Below, piece by piece: positions 29,572 to 32,000 of a stretch of DNA of 32,000 nucleotides; position 1 is the first letter of the stretch, and each line of letters begins with the position of its first letter. The notes under the pieces were generated by a model. That model worked only from the letters and a program-made list of their open reading frames with translations, was not told the DNA's origin and searched no databases. The DNA is from Vibrio vulnificus CMCP6. Its GTDB lineage: Bacteria; Pseudomonadota; Gammaproteobacteria; Enterobacterales; Vibrionaceae. Location of the stretch: assembly GCF_000039765.1 (NCBI RefSeq), contig NC_004459.3, positions 2,151,127 through 2,183,126 on the forward strand, in the 5' to 3' direction. The translations under genes were made by a program, and so were the position numbers.

Positions 29572-31989
29572 ATGAGAATACGCTCGTCACTTCGGAAAAA
29601 AAGCATCTATGCACTGAGTCTCTATTTGTGCTTTTTCATCGCCACAATAGGCAGTGTTGCTTATTTGGTGGTGGAACCGCCGGTGCGCAGCAATATCGAG
29701 AGAAATCTCGATCTCAGGACAGAGTTGCTTGCCTCACAAATCAAATCTCCGTTTAATCGCGCCGTGGGCGTGCTTAACAGCCTGGTCGGCGTGGCCCAAA
29801 GCCAGCAAAAGGGCACGAACCAACCACAAATCCTCGGAAGAATTATTGCCAGTAGCGATCAAGTCATCGCCAGTGGTGGCGTATGGCCGGAGCCGCAGCA
29901 AATTGACGGCTCACTGCGCTATGTCAGTCTGTTTTTCAATAAAGGAGAGGATGGTCGCATCGAGCAGATCCACTCTTACAACAATCCTGAATCTAGCGGC
30001 TATCACACGGAAAGTTGGTATTTATCGGTCGTCAATTTGCCAGAAAACAGCGTCGCTTGGTCAAACGTATACACCGACCCTTACACGCAAGTTCAGATGA
30101 TCACTGCCTCTCAGCCTTATTTTATTGATGGTGAGTTTGCAGGTGTGGCAACCGTTGATATCTCACTAGAAACGCTTTTCGATTTCGTTAAAGGTCATAC
30201 TGAGAAATATCAACTTGGTGTGTCAATTTCTGACCCTGGTGGTAAGTTGTTGCTTGAGCATGCTTTTCATCTCACACGCGATCGCTATATCAGTGAAATT
30301 GAAGTGGCCGATATTGGTTGGCGTGTCCGCGTTATCAACTCGCAATTGACCGTGTCTGATGAAGTGTTTGGCCAAGTGATGAGGGTAGAAGCAGGTATTC
30401 TTCCTTTCCTTCTGATTTGTGTTTTGGTGGGCTATTACACACTGAATCGATACGTGATTAAGCCCATCATCTCGATTGCGAAGAAAGTGGATGTGTCTAA
30501 AACGGGCGGTATTATCGACATTCACTATGACAGTGAAGACGAAATCAAACACCTAATCGAAACCATCAATGAGAAAACCGTCTATTTGGAAGCCGAGAAA
30601 GTCAAAGCCCAAGCCTCAACCAACGCTAAAACGGCCTTTTTGGCCACGCTCTCCCATGAAATTCGTACCCCGATGAACGGTGTGCTTGGTACGGCACAGA
30701 TCTTACTAAAAACGCCATTAAACGAAGAACAACGTAAGCATCTCAAAACCCTCTATGATTCCGGTGATCACATGATGACGTTGCTCAACGAAATTCTCGA
30801 TTACTCGAAAATAGAGCAGGGGCATATGGAGTTTGATAACAATCCTTTCCCATTTGACTCCATCATTGGCAGTGTTAACAGCGTTTACTACACCTTATGT
30901 GCCGAGAAAGGCCTGCAGTTTAAAGTGTACACAACGGTACCAACGGGCCGCTGGTATTGCGCAGACAAAGCACGCCTGCGCCAAGTGTTATTCAATCTGC
31001 TCAATAACGCCGTGAAGTTTACCGCAAGAGGCTTGGTGGAAGTGTATTTTGAAGAGCACACAAGGGAGCAAGCCAACTATCTATCAATCAAAGTAAAAGA
31101 CACCGGCATCGGGATCCCTGAGTCGGCGCAAAAACGCATCTTCCGACCTTTTGAGCAGGCTGAATCGTCAACCACTCGCCGTTTTGGTGGTACAGGGCTT
31201 GGCCTCGCCATCGTCAAACAAATTGCTGAACAGATGGGCGGCAGTGTTGCTGTGTCTAGCCAAGTAGGATTAGGAACCTGTTTTACGGTTGAGCTGGCTT
31301 TGGAATGCACCTCACCAGAAACGGAGAGCCCTGAGCCAAGATACAAGCTCAACTATCAGGGGTTACGAGCACTGATTGTTGAAGATAACCGGACCAACGC
31401 CATCATCATCGAAACCTTCTTAAGGAATAAAGGCTTCAGCTGTGAACGTGTGGAGAATGGAGAGCAGGCGATAGCGTGCGTAACACAGCACCCGTTTGAT
31501 CTGATACTGATGGACAACCATATGCCCGTTATGGATGGTATTGAAGCGATTACCGCGATTCGTGCCATGGACTCACCTTGTCGACATACCTTGATTTTTG
31601 GCTGTACCGCCGACGTGTTTAAAGAAACCCGAGAGCGCATGTTAGGGGTAGGGGCGGATCATATTATCGCCAAGCCAATAGTAGAAGCCGAACTGGATGA
31701 TGCTTTATTCCAACACGCGAAACTTTTGTACCAGTTTCGAGCAGAAGATGTGCAAGCACAAGTTGAAGAGCAATCGATAGAATCACTTCTCGTCGGTTTC
31801 TATATCGCGATAGAAAACGGGGAACTTACTCAAGCGCACAACGCGATCAGCCAAATTCGCGGCCAGCACAAAGACGCGATCGAGCCTGCATTGGCACAAT
31901 CACTCGCCAGAATTGAACAGCAACTGAGCGAGAATAAACAACCAGATCAAGAAGAAATCAACCTGCTGACCGTGTTGTTGGCGGATTGA
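29572..31989 (+). CDS. Hybrid sensor histidine kinase with periplasmic Cache-like sensor, HisKA, HATPase and receiver domain
   Basis: Two TMs around an extracytoplasmic region; FLATLSHEIRTPMNGVLG; DTGIGIPESAQKRIFRPFEQAESSTTRRFGGTGLGLAIV; LRALIVEDNRTNAIIIETFLRNKGF...DLILMDNHMPVMDG. Confidence 0.93.
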   Translation: MRIRSSLRKKSIYALSLYLCFFIATIGSVAYLVVEPPVRSNIERNLDLRTELLASQIKSPFNRAVGVLNSLVGVAQSQQKGTNQPQILGRIIASSDQVIASGGVWPEPQQIDGSLRYVSLFFNKGEDGRIEQIHSYNNPESSGYHTESWYLSVVNLPENSVAWSNVYTDPYTQVQMITASQPYFIDGEFAGVATVDISLETLFDFVKGHTEKYQLGVSISDPGGKLLLEHAFHLTRDRYISEIEVADIGWRVRVINSQLTVSDEVFGQVMRVEAGILPFLLICVLVGYYTLNRYVIKPIISIAKKVDVSKTGGIIDIHYDSEDEIKHLIETINEKTVYLEAEKVKAQASTNAKTAFLATLSHEIRTPMNGVLGTAQILLKTPLNEEQRKHLKTLYDSGDHMMTLLNEILDYSKIEQGHMEFDNNPFPFDSIIGSVNSVYYTLCAEKGLQFKVYTTVPTGRWYCADKARLRQVLFNLLNNAVKFTARGLVEVYFEEHTREQANYLSIKVKDTGIGIPESAQKRIFRPFEQAESSTTRRFGGTGLGLAIVKQIAEQMGGSVAVSSQVGLGTCFTVELALECTSPETESPEPRYKLNYQGLRALIVEDNRTNAIIIETFLRNKGFSCERVENGEQAIACVTQHPFDLILMDNHMPVMDGIEAITAIRAMDSPCRHTLIFGCTADVFKETRERMLGVGADHIIAKPIVEAELDDALFQHAKLLYQFRAEDVQAQVEEQSIESLLVGFYIAIENGELTQAHNAISQIRGQHKDAIEPALAQSLARIEQQLSENKQPDQEEINLLTVLLAD

Positions 31990-32000
31990 GTTATTTAATG

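Overview
This window looks like ordinary chromosome from a Vibrionaceae-like gammaproteobacterium. From left to right it contains: a 5'-truncated coniferyl-type aldehyde dehydrogenase; a GMC oxidoreductase with an apparent N-terminal frameshift; a minus-strand triad (DTG-motif retropepsin-like lipoprotein, inactive transglutaminase fused to a membrane domain, RimK-like ATP-grasp ligase); cmoB and cmoA separated by 14 perfect copies of a 7-bp repeat; a YecE/DUF72 gene; aspS; ruvC; an MCP-like gene between ruvC and ruvAB; cydA-cydB-cydX-ybgE; ybgC-tolQRAB-pal-cpoB; nadA; a potassium channel with RCK domain, then DUF350, DUF1190 and a glutathionylspermidine synthase-like ATP-grasp gene (yjfL-M-C-like); a UPF0149 gene; and a hybrid sensor histidine kinase. 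The best leads are the (TTCTCGC)14 tract that starts at the cmoA stop codon, the two ATP-grasp modules with membrane or envelope partners (both seem related to predicted but poorly characterised families), and the MCP gene with its own hairpin inside the ruv locus. I found no CRISPR, phage, transposon, rRNA or convincing tRNA. All family calls come from recognising protein sequence by eye; no search was run.
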